A stretch of DNA of 44,666 nt from Brevinematia bacterium (GTDB lineage Bacteria; Spirochaetota; Brevinematia; DTOW01): positions 1 through 44,666 of the forward strand of contig JBMFQU010000002.1 in NCBI GenBank assembly GCA_049968435.1. Reading direction: 5' to 3'. The stretch's first letter is position 1; each line of letters opens with the position of its first letter. The translations under genes and the position numbers were made by a program. This document shows, piece by piece, positions 1-9,017 of this stretch. A model generated the notes under the pieces. That model made no database searches. It worked only from the letters and a program-made list of their open reading frames with translations, and had not been told where the DNA came from.

Positions 1-145
1 CCCCTAAGTTCTACAATTAGAGATGTTAAAAAGTTTAGGAAAATAATAGAAGGAAGGAATTTTAAGGAATTCCTTTTGCTTTTCCCATGCTCTTAAGCGT
101 CTATAGGAAGCTACGCCCTCCTTTTAATACCTCCTATCATAGAGA
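1..145 (+). repeat. Mosaic intergenic repeat family: tail of one unit plus one degenerate unit
   Basis: The window opens inside a C-box tail (cccctaagttc, compare 4022-4034). Positions 64-143 follow the unit layout: aaggaattccttttgc leader, degenerate C-box, imperfect hairpin aggaag...ccctcct (105-122), and tacctcct box (128-135). Confidence 0.7.
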
Positions 146-158
146 TTATAAAGAAAGA

Positions 159-1562
159 CTAAAAAGTCATATCTTCTAATTTTTTAGCAAGGTTGGAAGG
201 TAAATTTGATTTCATTGCACTTTCTGTTGTATTAGAAAACTTAAAATCTTCAGAATTGATAAGATTCCCATCATCATATATTTCAATAGTACCATTTACT
301 TCTATTCTACTTTGCTTCACATCACCAAATTCTACAACCTTACTTTCGGGTTTATTAATCTTAACAAAAACCAACAAATTACCTTTTGTAAATTTTAAAT
401 ACTTCTCAATATCGTCACCAGCATTACCACCTTCATACCTTGAAACTTTATAACCTTTCTTAATAACTACATTTCCAAGGGAAGAAGAAAGTGAAGGATC
501 ATAAGCAAAATCATTACCTTTATAAGATACAACAACTACCACAGCAGACTTAGACTTTGAAACATTCATATACCAACTCGCTTCAGCATAAACCAACCTA
601 GCCTTACCTATAAGACGAGAAGCATCTCGTTTGGTATCTTTGTTTATATTCATAAGCCCAGAAAAATCAAGATTTAGAAAAGCCCTTACAGTGAGTTTCT
701 TATTATCAAATCTAGAAACTTTACTTACTTCACATACAGCAACACCATCAGTACCAGAAGTGGCACTATTATTGATCTCAGCACCACCAGAGACAACCCT
801 AAAAATCAAGTTAGCATCCTTTACAGGTACTTTATTACCTTCGTAGTTATAATAAACACCAAATTTAATAACCCCATTTTGACCAACAACTACATTTTTA
901 TTATTACCTTCAACCACTTCTATTGAAATTCTTGAAATTAGATCATCCATTTTTTTTATTATTTCAGGATAAAACATCTGTCTTTCTTCAACGCCTATGG
1001 AATTTTTGGCAGCAATAGTATAGGAAGCAATTGCATTAACTAGCTTACCTTCCTTAACATAATTATCTCCTTCTTCAATAAATTTATCAACTGATTTAAC
1101 CATATCCTTATACATCTGCTCTATTCTTGCTCTTTCTTCATCTATTTTTTTCTGAGGATACTTCACAAGTAAATAAACTACATAATTACCATCTTTATCT
1201 TGATAAGAAGCTTCATCTTCAGGAGTTGGTACAAATATTCTTGCTTTACCTTTCACAGAAATCTCCGAAGATAATTTATTGATAACCTCCTCTCCACCAG
1301 CAGAATCTACAATTATACTCATATCTCTTTTAGTTTCAGAAGCAACTTCAACAAGTATACTTTCTATAACTCTACTTTTAATATCCTCTATAGCCAAATT
1401 TCTAGCAACTATTTTATCTTTGTCTTTACCAAACCCAACAAAGTATATATCATTACCTTTCTTAAATACAGGTGTACTAACCCAATCAGGAATTTTGTTT
1501 TGAGGTAAAGCCACACCTGAGCATACTAAAATTACTCCTAATAAAACAATAAATTTCTTCAT
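159..1562 (-). CDS. Secreted protein or lipoprotein, possibly LPP20-like N-terminal domain
   Basis: I place the start at the ATG at 1562 (MKKFIVLLGVILVCSG signal peptide), preceded by GGAGGAG at 1569-1575. The longer track ORF start adds an unlikely extension. The N-terminal PDWV...YFVGFG pattern resembles LPP20-type lipoproteins. The rest is unrecognised. Confidence 0.6.
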   Translation of the reverse strand: MKKFIVLLGVILVCSGVALPQNKIPDWVSTPVFKKGNDIYFVGFGKDKDKIVARNLAIEDIKSRVIESILVEVASETKRDMSIIVDSAGGEEVINKLSSEISVKGKARIFVPTPEDEASYQDKDGNYVVYLLVKYPQKKIDEERARIEQMYKDMVKSVDKFIEEGDNYVKEGKLVNAIASYTIAAKNSIGVEERQMFYPEIIKKMDDLISRISIEVVEGNNKNVVVGQNGVIKFGVYYNYEGNKVPVKDANLIFRVVSGGAEINNSATSGTDGVAVCEVSKVSRFDNKKLTVRAFLNLDFSGLMNINKDTKRDASRLIGKARLVYAEASWYMNVSKSKSAVVVVVSYKGNDFAYDPSLSSSLGNVVIKKGYKVSRYEGGNAGDDIEKYLKFTKGNLLVFVKINKPESKVVEFGDVKQSRIEVNGTIEIYDDGNLINSEDFKFSNTTESAMKSNLPSNLAKKLEDMTF

Positions 1563-1614
1563 ACATACTCCTCCAAAACTAGATATAAATATAATAAACG
1601 AAATTGATAATAAT

Positions 1615-2301
1615 TCAAAAACTCCCAACTATAGCTTTCAATTGACTAAGATCATCTATTAAAAAATCAGGCCCATAAGGCAAAAGTTTATCCTTTGTCA
1701 TCTTACCAGTTAAAACAATTATGCTCTTTATATTATTTTCTTTGGCAGCAATAATGTCTCTATGAGAGTCACCAACGATAAAGTAATCCTCAAAATCAAC
1801 TTTGTAATATTCCTTAGATCTATTTATAGCAATAGGTACTAACTTTCTTCTATCTTTTTTCTCATCTCCAAAAGCACCTACAGGGAAAAATTTATCAAGA
1901 CCAAACAAACCTATCTTCATATAAGCGACATCTTTTATATTACCTGTCAAGAGACAGGTATAAAAATTTTCATAAACCCATTCCGAAACTTCGTAAGCGT
2001 ATGGAAGTAATAAAAGTTTTTGGGGAGTCTTTTCAATAATTTCCCTAAAAAGTAAAGAAATCCTTTCAAAAACTTGAAACATCTTCTTAACAGAATCTTT
2101 ACCATAAAATCCGTTATCCTCTATAACTTTGTGTATTATTTCAATGTCAGTAGTGCCAAGCCAATCAATACCTTCTATAGAAACTTCTTTACCTAAAACT
2201 TCACATAAAGCTCTTTGGTAAACCAACCTACCAGTTTTATCAAGTTTAACAAGTGTACCATCTATGTCAAATAAGAATAGTATTCTTTTTTTAGAGAACA
2301 T
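1615..2301 (-). CDS. HAD-superfamily hydrolase (phosphatase, Gph-like)
   Basis: HAD motif I is LFLFDIDGTLV and motif IV is VGDSHRDIIAAKENN. The track start at 2325 is a TTG. The first ATG is at 2301 and overlaps the hslU stop by 11 nt. Confidence 0.75.
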   Translation of the reverse strand: MFSKKRILFLFDIDGTLVKLDKTGRLVYQRALCEVLGKEVSIEGIDWLGTTDIEIIHKVIEDNGFYGKDSVKKMFQVFERISLLFREIIEKTPQKLLLLPYAYEVSEWVYENFYTCLLTGNIKDVAYMKIGLFGLDKFFPVGAFGDEKKDRRKLVPIAINRSKEYYKVDFEDYFIVGDSHRDIIAAKENNIKSIIVLTGKMTKDKLLPYGPDFLIDDLSQLKAIVGSF

Positions 2302-3622
2302 ACTTAGCAAAATCTTCGTTTTCAATTATTTTACCAAGCTTAGAATCCACATAATCTTTAGTTATTGAAAAAACATTCCCTTGTTGCTCTGGTGCATTAA
2401 AAGATATATCTGAAAGCAATTGTTCCATAACTGTATATAATCTTCTCGCACCGATATTTTCCATTTTCTGATTGGCTTCGTAAGCAATTTCAGCTATCCT
2501 GTCTATCGCCTCTTCTTCAAATTCTAATTTAACATTCTCCGTTTCTAAAAGTAGTTTATACTGCTTAACCAAAGCATTTTTAGGTTCAACAAGTATCCTT
2601 TTTAAATCTTCTTTATTCAAAGACTTTAGTTCAACTCTAACTGGGAATCTACCTTGTAGCTCTGCAATCAAATCTGAAGGTTTAACTTTTGAAAAAGCCC
2701 CAGCCGCAATGAAAAGTATATGATCTGTTTTCACTGAACCATACTTAGTATTTACAGTAGTTCCTTCAACAATAGGTAATAAATCCCTCTGAACACCTTC
2801 TCTAGAAACATTCGGGCCAGATGTTTCACCTTTCGAAATCAGTTTATCTATCTCATCAATAAAAACAATTCCATCTTCCTCAACTCTCCTTCTAGCTTCT
2901 TCCGCAATTTCTTCTGGATTTACTAACTTCTCTGCCTCTATCATAGAAAGAAATCTCTTAGCCTCAGAAACAGTCAATTTTTTTCTCTTTTTCTTTTCCT
3001 TACCTCCGAAAATAAAACTAAAAGGATCTTTAACATCAACAAAACCTCCGATAATACCACTTTCCATCATTTCTTCAAATGTCATCCCGAAATCTTGTTT
3101 TGGTAAATCCTCATACTCTATCTCTATAAGCATATCATCATATAATCCCTTTGAAATTTGTTCAATAACAGTTCCTCTATCTAACTCTGTTAAGTTTGGA
3201 TTTGATTTTACCAGAAACTTATACAAACTCTCTAAAACCTTCCTTGAACTTTTATCAGCGTTTTTATCCAAAAATTCTTTCTTAACCATAGCATAAGCTA
3301 CGTTTACAAGATCTCTTATCATTGACTCAACATTTCTTCCTATATAACCTATCTCTGTAAATTTTGTTGCTTCAACTTTAACAAAAGGGGCTTTTATTAT
3401 ATTAGCAATTCTTCTAGCTATCTCCGTTTTACCTACTCCTGTAGGACCTATCATTAAGATATTTTTTGGTATAATATCCTCTTTAATACCTTCGGGCAAT
3501 AACTTCCTTCTATTTCTATTTCTAAGAGCAATAGCAACAATTCTCTTAGCCTCATCTTGACCTATTATATACTTATTAAGTTCTTCAACAATCTCTCTAG
3601 GAGTAAAACCTAGTTTGTCCAT
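2291..3622 (-). CDS. hslU: ATP-dependent protease ATPase subunit HslU
   Basis: Full-length 443 aa. Walker A is GPTGVGKTEIARR and Walker B is IVFIDEIDK. The I-domain insertion and C-terminal ENEDFAKYVL tail are typical of HslU. GAGGAA lies upstream of the ATG at 3622. Confidence 0.95.
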   Translation of the reverse strand: MDKLGFTPREIVEELNKYIIGQDEAKRIVAIALRNRNRRKLLPEGIKEDIIPKNILMIGPTGVGKTEIARRIANIIKAPFVKVEATKFTEIGYIGRNVESMIRDLVNVAYAMVKKEFLDKNADKSSRKVLESLYKFLVKSNPNLTELDRGTVIEQISKGLYDDMLIEIEYEDLPKQDFGMTFEEMMESGIIGGFVDVKDPFSFIFGGKEKKKRKKLTVSEAKRFLSMIEAEKLVNPEEIAEEARRRVEEDGIVFIDEIDKLISKGETSGPNVSREGVQRDLLPIVEGTTVNTKYGSVKTDHILFIAAGAFSKVKPSDLIAELQGRFPVRVELKSLNKEDLKRILVEPKNALVKQYKLLLETENVKLEFEEEAIDRIAEIAYEANQKMENIGARRLYTVMEQLLSDISFNAPEQQGNVFSITKDYVDSKLGKIIENEDFAKYVL

Positions 3623-3625
3623 AGA

Positions 3626-3913
3626 TTATTCCTCATCAAAATCATCTTGAGAATTAAAAATTTCATTAAAAACAGCTTTATCTTCAGGAAAAGAAAATTT
3701 TAAAGTGTAGTGATATTTAAGATCATCTATCTTTTTAAAAGAAAAGCCGTCAAAAATAACTTCAGGAACAGTGTCCATAATATCCATTAATATATCTTTA
3801 TCATTAGGATAATCTCCCTCAATATACCAATAAGGGTAATCATAAGAAACCATATCAGGAGAGAAAAAAGAAATAAGTAAATCTCGTATAGCAATAATCC
3901 TAGAATTATCCAT
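3626..3913 (-). CDS. Small acidic hypothetical protein (95 aa), not HslV
   Basis: ATG at 3913 with GAGGT upstream. The stop lies 3 nt before the hslU start. No recognisable family, and no Thr-protease N-terminus. Confidence 0.5.
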   Translation of the reverse strand: MDNSRIIAIRDLLISFFSPDMVSYDYPYWYIEGDYPNDKDILMDIMDTVPEVIFDGFSFKKIDDLKYHYTLKFSFPEDKAVFNEIFNSQDDFDEE

Positions 3914-3974
3914 CTATTACCTCTTCGATTAAAGTATAATAAAAAACTAAAAATAAATTCAAATAACAAGAAAA

Positions 3975-4400
3975 GTATTTAAAGAATTTTTTAAGAAACC
4001 TCCTTTTGCTTCCCGCCCACCCTCCCTTAAGTTCAGCAGGAGGACTTCGTCCTCCTATTGGTACCTCCATTTAGAAAGCACATTCATCAAATTATTTTAG
4101 AAATCACTCTTAGTATAATGACTACGCCTTCCCATTAGACACCTACTCTATAAGTAAAAAAGATAAAACCCTTACTTCTAATAGAAGGTAAGAATTTTTT
4201 AAGATACTTCTTTTTGCTCCCCGCCCACCCACCCTATAGTTCTTTATTAAAGTTCTAACTTCTTATTATGTTATTCCTCTTATCAAGATCTCCCTTTACC
4301 TATAAGTTCCTAATTCTTAATAACAAATACCGAATCCTGATAGAGTTAAAATTTATTTTAGATTAACGAAGGATAAGTATTCATTTTTAAGCTTAATTAA
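3975..4400 (+). repeat. Mosaic intergenic repeat family, about 2 full units plus fragments
   Basis: C-boxes cccgcccaccctccc (4012-4026) and ccccgcccacccaccc (4219-4234). Hairpin aggaggacttcgtcctcct (4038-4056). tacctccatttag box (4062-4074). Leader gaattttttaaga(a/t)ac occurs at 3984 and 4192. AT-rich terminal box at 4304-4320. Confidence 0.85.
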
Positions 4401-4439
4401 TACTTTTAATAAGCTTAATAATTGTTTTTTAAGTAATTC

Positions 4440-4464
4440 AAAATTTGTCTTTCAGAAGACAAAT
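4440..4464 (-). terminator. Weak candidate intrinsic terminator after mlaE
   Basis: 9-bp stem atttgtctt/aagacaaat (4443-4451 / 4456-4464) with a 4-nt loop containing the mlaE stop codon. A short T-run follows on the - strand. The stem is AT-rich, so support is weak. Confidence 0.3.
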
Positions 4465-5246
4465 AGATAGAATATCAAACTAATACATAGGCTAGTTATT
4501 ATACCAAAAGAAAGTGAAACCATTATACTCTTAGTCACTGCGACAGGCACCAAATTCCTTGAATATGTTTTAAAACCAAAGTAAGATGCAATACTCGGCA
4601 TAAATAAACCACAAACTATACCTTTAACTAAAACCATTACAATATCTGAAATCTTAACGCTCTTAAATATGTGATTAATTATTTCACCAGCATCAATGTC
4701 ATACAATAAAACAAGAAATAAAGGCGAAAGAACCAAAATAAAAAAAGAAGCAAATATTATCAATATTATGAATGAAGCAACCATACCTAATATTCTAGGG
4801 AGTGTCAGGAAAAAAAGAGGATCAACACCCATTGATACAAGAATATCAAACTCTTTATTAACTGACATATTACCTATTTCAACAGCTATAGCTGAAACAG
4901 ATCTAGCTATAACTATAACTATAACTATAAGTGGCATAACTTCCCTAAATATAACCAGAACAAAAATATCCGAGATAACATTTTTAGGCACTATACCAGG
5001 AAACCTTGCAAAAAGAATAAAAACAGTAGATATGCCAATTAATATTGAGGTAAAAAACAAAGACCTTATCGCCTGATAAGAGGTAAAGTAGACCTGCTTT
5101 ACAACATTTTGGTAAACTAAAAAATTTTGATTGGAAGAATGAGGCCTAAAAAGTTCGCGTAAACTATAAACAGTCAACCCAATAACACCTCCATAGTAAT
5201 CTAACTTATCAATAATCTTCCTTCCGATAATACCAAACAAGTTCAT
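4452..5246 (-). CDS. mlaE: MlaE/YrbE-family ABC transporter permease (phospholipid transport)
   Basis: 264 aa multi-TM protein. The core REVMPLIVIVIVIARSVSAIAVEIGNMSVNKEFDILVSMGVDPLFFLTLPRILG matches the MlaE signature region. The start shares an ATGA overlap with the upstream ORF. Confidence 0.8.
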   Translation of the reverse strand: MNLFGIIGRKIIDKLDYYGGVIGLTVYSLRELFRPHSSNQNFLVYQNVVKQVYFTSYQAIRSLFFTSILIGISTVFILFARFPGIVPKNVISDIFVLVIFREVMPLIVIVIVIARSVSAIAVEIGNMSVNKEFDILVSMGVDPLFFLTLPRILGMVASFIILIIFASFFILVLSPLFLVLLYDIDAGEIINHIFKSVKISDIVMVLVKGIVCGLFMPSIASYFGFKTYSRNLVPVAVTKSIMVSLSFGIITSLCISLIFYLFVF

Positions 5247-5584
5247 AAAACATCCTTAATTAAAACTTTAACAATTGCCTTTATTATATCATTTTCACCT
5301 TGATAGTAATTATCTCTTACTGCTCTTTCAAGTTCCAAAATAAATTTTCTAGTCTTATAAATAACAATATTTATAGCTTTACTTCTATTCGAATGATCAA
5401 GATTTTTAGTAACCTCAATAACCTTTGAAAGCTTATACTTTAAAAGAGGCAACCACAGATCAAAATCTTTAAAATCACTTATAAATCCTTCATCTTTTTT
5501 CAAAACTTCAAGTATTTCATCCAAAATATCATCGTTCACAATGTAAATTATATAGATAGCTAAAAAAACTTTCAGCAAATACAA
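5243..5584 (-). CDS. Hypothetical protein (113 aa)
   Basis: Open frame translationally coupled to mlaE (ATGA overlap). The frame contains no ATG, so the start must be TTG (5584) or GTG (5539). No recognised family. Confidence 0.4.
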   Translation of the reverse strand: MYLLKVFLAIYIIYIVNDDILDEILEVLKKDEGFISDFKDFDLWLPLLKYKLSKVIEVTKNLDHSNRSKAINIVIYKTRKFILELERAVRDNYYQGENDIIKAIVKVLIKDVL

Positions 5585-5592
5585 AAACTTAC

Positions 5593-6948
5593 CTACATAG
5601 AACTCAAGGAAGGAATAACACTAACTTCATCTGAATATTCACTCTTTGTACCATCTTTTCGTACACTTCTAATTGAAAAAAAGTATTTCTTATTAAAAGA
5701 AAGACCTTTTATAGTATAACTAAAAATAGGATAAAATTTTGTTGGTTTCTTAATTTTTAATGGAGATACTCCATTTATAGCATCTTTACCGAAATACCTA
5801 TCTTCAAAACTACCATAGTAAACTTCATAATGGTCAATATCATCATCCAATTCATTTCTCCACTGAAGTACAACTTCCCCATAATCTTTAACTTGTATTC
5901 CAACTATAACGGGTTTAACTGGCTTTATTAATGTAGAAGTAGAAAATTCAAGATAATCAAAATCAATAACAAAATCTTCTGAAACCTTTATAGGTAAAAC
6001 TTTGAATTGAACATATCTTCCTCGTTCATTGAGTTGACTTAAAGGCTTCCAATCTACTTCATTACTAAGGAGTTTAAAAATATCACTACTTACCCTCGCT
6101 AAAACAACAAAACTACCTTTACCGCCAACTAACCTAAAATATTCAATTTTGGAAGAAAAATCTCTTGTATCTATTATCCTAGAAACATATTCATTAGCCA
6201 AGACTTTAGGAAACTTTGTTGTTCTAACAAGAGTAGGTACAATCATAATATCATCAGCATAACCAAAAAAATCTGTAAAAAACTCAACAAAAACATCCTT
6301 AGAAGTTAAAGCAAAAGAGCTATCCACAAAACTTTTCTTATCAGACTCAATACCATCAATATAGAGAACAACTTTTGAGTTAAGAATATCAAAAACCAGT
6401 GATAATTCCACCCATCTACCAAAACTTATCCTATCATCTGAAATTAATTTAAAATCTAAAGCACTACCATCAAAACCGAAAAGTAATTTATTTACATAAA
6501 CCACTATTTTCGAATCTTCAACAGAAATTTCTATCTTTTTCTGAGGATCCTCATAATCAGTAAATCTTGCTAAAACAATACCATCATCTAACCTAAAAGC
6601 ATAAAACGAAAAATGAATAGAAAAAACGCCAGAGGTAATAGGAATACCGAAAATTGAACCAGATGAAACAAAAGATATTCCATGATACTTAGTAAAGAAC
6701 TTACCAAAAAAATTGCCATTAAAACTATTAGTAACTCTATCAAAACTAAATTTTATAATCTGAATTTGATTAGTAATTGAAAAATCCTCAAAGTTAATAT
6801 TAAGACCGTCGAAAAAAGAAAAATCCAATCCTTCTTTTGAAAAACTGAAATCCTTTTCTTTATACAACCTTTCCACACAATAAACGGAAGTAGAAAAAAT
6901 AAATACAATAGAAAATATAACACTAAATCTTTGTAAAAACTTTTTCAT
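5593..6948 (-). CDS. Secreted protein with LamG/concanavalin-like region and C-terminal fibronectin type III domain
   Basis: Signal peptide MKKFLQRFSVIFSIVFIFSTSVYC. The C-terminal segment VVLQWRNELDDDIDHYEVYYGS...YFFSIRSVRKDGTKSEYSDEVSV fits an FN3 fold pattern. The LamG assignment is tentative. Confidence 0.5.
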   Translation of the reverse strand: MKKFLQRFSVIFSIVFIFSTSVYCVERLYKEKDFSFSKEGLDFSFFDGLNINFEDFSITNQIQIIKFSFDRVTNSFNGNFFGKFFTKYHGISFVSSGSIFGIPITSGVFSIHFSFYAFRLDDGIVLARFTDYEDPQKKIEISVEDSKIVVYVNKLLFGFDGSALDFKLISDDRISFGRWVELSLVFDILNSKVVLYIDGIESDKKSFVDSSFALTSKDVFVEFFTDFFGYADDIMIVPTLVRTTKFPKVLANEYVSRIIDTRDFSSKIEYFRLVGGKGSFVVLARVSSDIFKLLSNEVDWKPLSQLNERGRYVQFKVLPIKVSEDFVIDFDYLEFSTSTLIKPVKPVIVGIQVKDYGEVVLQWRNELDDDIDHYEVYYGSFEDRYFGKDAINGVSPLKIKKPTKFYPIFSYTIKGLSFNKKYFFSIRSVRKDGTKSEYSDEVSVIPSLSSM

Positions 6949-7609
6949 AAATCTCTACAACATCCTCGACCAGAACAGGCATTCTATAACCTAAACTAGC
7001 TAAAACCTTATCAACAACCTCAAGATCCTCAAGAGTATCAATAGTAACCCTATAATACTCAAAATTTCCTTTTTCATAAGGTGCCTCAATAACTTTAAAA
7101 ACCTCTCTATTATTATAAAAGAAAGGAGTAACATGTTCTCTATCATAAAGATCAAAAGTCAATTCAGAAACCCTAAGTAGAGATTCAGCATTAACAACCT
7201 CAACACCAGTACCTAAAGGAATACCTAAAAAATGTGTCAAATCAGCGTTTTCACTTAAGTGTATATCAATTGCATAATCAATATATCTAGGACAAGTTAA
7301 AGGATTATCAGCAGTAATTCTCACAATAACCTTAGGATCAAAAATATCTATGCAGCTCACAAATCTAGCTAAAACATCTTCATCAGGACCAGAAATAACA
7401 TCAACATCTTCAAAGTTCTCTTTTACAAAAGAAGATATAGAAGCAAAAGAAATATGGTTGGTAGCAACAACAACCTTATCAATCAAAAAAGAATGTTTAA
7501 CTTGCTTTATTACCCTCTCAAGTAAACAAGTACTATCGGAAAATTTCGCAAAAACCTTCATTGGAAATCTATCAGAATTTATTCTGGCTTGGATAATTCC
7601 TAAAACCAT
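6923..7609 (-). CDS. Cytidylyltransferase-family protein (SpsF / NeuA-like)
   Basis: The N-terminus GIIQARINSDRFPMKV matches the IIQAR-S-RLP-K motif of SpsF-type cytidylyltransferases. ATG at 7609 is preceded by GAGGT inside the flgD 3' end. Confidence 0.65.
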   Translation of the reverse strand: MVLGIIQARINSDRFPMKVFAKFSDSTCLLERVIKQVKHSFLIDKVVVATNHISFASISSFVKENFEDVDVISGPDEDVLARFVSCIDIFDPKVIVRITADNPLTCPRYIDYAIDIHLSENADLTHFLGIPLGTGVEVVNAESLLRVSELTFDLYDREHVTPFFYNNREVFKVIEAPYEKGNFEYYRVTIDTLEDLEVVDKVLASLGYRMPVLVEDVVEIYEKVFTKI

Positions 7610-7610
7610 A

Positions 7611-8081
7611 CTACTTAACCTCTAAAATACTCTTAATTGATACAAGATAGCCTTTCTCAGTCTTTAAGAAAACTTCACCATTTTCATTTAACCTAACTCC
7701 AACAACTTTATCACTAAACGAATTTCCTGTATCACCATCTATCCAATCAATCACCTTTGAGATCATAGATAAAGAACTATTTATAGCATTCTGCGATACT
7801 AAAGAAAGAATATTATTATTTAAACTATTCAATTCTCTAAGAGTTGTTAACTGAGCCATCTGAGAAATAAAAGTTTTATCATCAACAGGATTTGTAGGAT
7901 CTTGGGTTTTAAGTTGCATTGTTAGTATCTTTAAAAAATCTTCCTCACCTAAAACATTTTTACTACCTTGATTATTTAACTTAAGTTCCTCATTAAGTTT
8001 CCTAATCTCCTCTTTGGATGTCTTGTCAATATCAATTTTTTTAGTCAGAAGTTCAACGCTATAGTTGTTATTGACAATCAT
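7611..8081 (-). CDS. flgD: Flagellar hook capping/assembly protein FlgD
   Basis: LGEEDFLKILTMQLKTQDPTNPVDDKTFISQMAQLTTLRELN is the conserved FlgD N-terminal motif. GGAGGA lies upstream of the ATG at 8081. Confidence 0.85.
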   Translation of the reverse strand: MIVNNNYSVELLTKKIDIDKTSKEEIRKLNEELKLNNQGSKNVLGEEDFLKILTMQLKTQDPTNPVDDKTFISQMAQLTTLRELNSLNNNILSLVSQNAINSSLSMISKVIDWIDGDTGNSFSDKVVGVRLNENGEVFLKTEKGYLVSIKSILEVK

Positions 8082-8126
8082 AATCCATCCTCCACATACA
8101 TATTTTCGTTAAACTACAAAACACCT

Positions 8127-9011
8127 TTAGTTTTTAACTAATCTCTTAACAGCATATACCTCAAATGTGTCACCAATACCAGAAATTCTTTGATAGAGAT
8201 GGAAAATGTTTTTTATAAATGGATTTTTTGAAATTCTCTCAGGATGAAAACCTGTATTAACAATTCTTCTTATAACAAAGTTATTTCTCCTAAGTAAATA
8301 AGAAATACCTTTCTGAGAAAATTCATAAAGATGATCTTCTGGGAAAACTGACAAATACCAACTGAGGTTATACCTTGAACTAGCCCCAAAACCATTGGGA
8401 GTTGACAGAGCAAAAACACCTCCATACTTTAGTAAGTTCCAAACCTTTTTAATAACTTCTTCAACATAAGGTATATGCTCCAAAACAAACCACATAGATA
8501 TAACATCAAATTTTTCATCCGTATTAAAATCCATAATATCAACAATTTCAATGTTTTCTCTTATATCAGGATTAACAACATAAATTATATCTTTATTTAT
8601 ATCTATTCCTTTAACATCAAATCCTCTTTCTTTAGCAACTTCAAGGAAAACACCTATTCCACAACCTATATCAAGAAGCTTTTTATTAGTAAAAGAAAAC
8701 TTAGGTCTAATATTACAAGCATTACATCCACCTAAACCACAAGATTTACACTCAAATTCCTTTAGATAAGTATTTTCTATAATATCTAATCTTCTCTCTG
8801 CCAATTTCCTTATGTTAGGAAAATCATCTTTAACATGTTTACCATACCTTGTTAAATATTTTTTATTGTAATACTCTTCATCATAAACAGACTTTATCTT
8901 CTTGTAATATCCCTCTGGATCCTCTCTAAGTAAAGTTTTACAATTACTACATCTAAAAATCCGATTAGATAAAGGATTAATTAATTCTTCACCACAAGCA
9001 ATACATTTCAT
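8127..9011 (-). CDS. Class I SAM-dependent methyltransferase with N-terminal zinc-ribbon
   Basis: CxxC...CxxC at the N-terminus (CIACGEE...CSNCKT). SAM motif I is LLDIGCGIGVFLE. Confidence 0.75.
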   Translation of the reverse strand: MKCIACGEELINPLSNRIFRCSNCKTLLREDPEGYYKKIKSVYDEEYYNKKYLTRYGKHVKDDFPNIRKLAERRLDIIENTYLKEFECKSCGLGGCNACNIRPKFSFTNKKLLDIGCGIGVFLEVAKERGFDVKGIDINKDIIYVVNPDIRENIEIVDIMDFNTDEKFDVISMWFVLEHIPYVEEVIKKVWNLLKYGGVFALSTPNGFGASSRYNLSWYLSVFPEDHLYEFSQKGISYLLRRNNFVIRRIVNTGFHPERISKNPFIKNIFHLYQRISGIGDTFEVYAVKRLVKN

Positions 9012-9017
9012 AAAAAA

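Noticed and set aside
3787-3969. 60-aa ORF overlapping the 95-aa gene in another frame on the same strand
   Set aside because: It is hydrophobic and low-complexity, and it has no RBS. The overlapping 3626-3913 frame has an ATG with a GAGGT RBS and is tightly spaced ahead of hslU, so that frame is preferred.
4388-4425. Direct repeat taagcttaat...taagcttaat with HindIII-like palindromes downstream of mlaE
   Set aside because: It is short, AT-rich and occurs only once. It is most likely chance or part of the decayed end of the repeat block.
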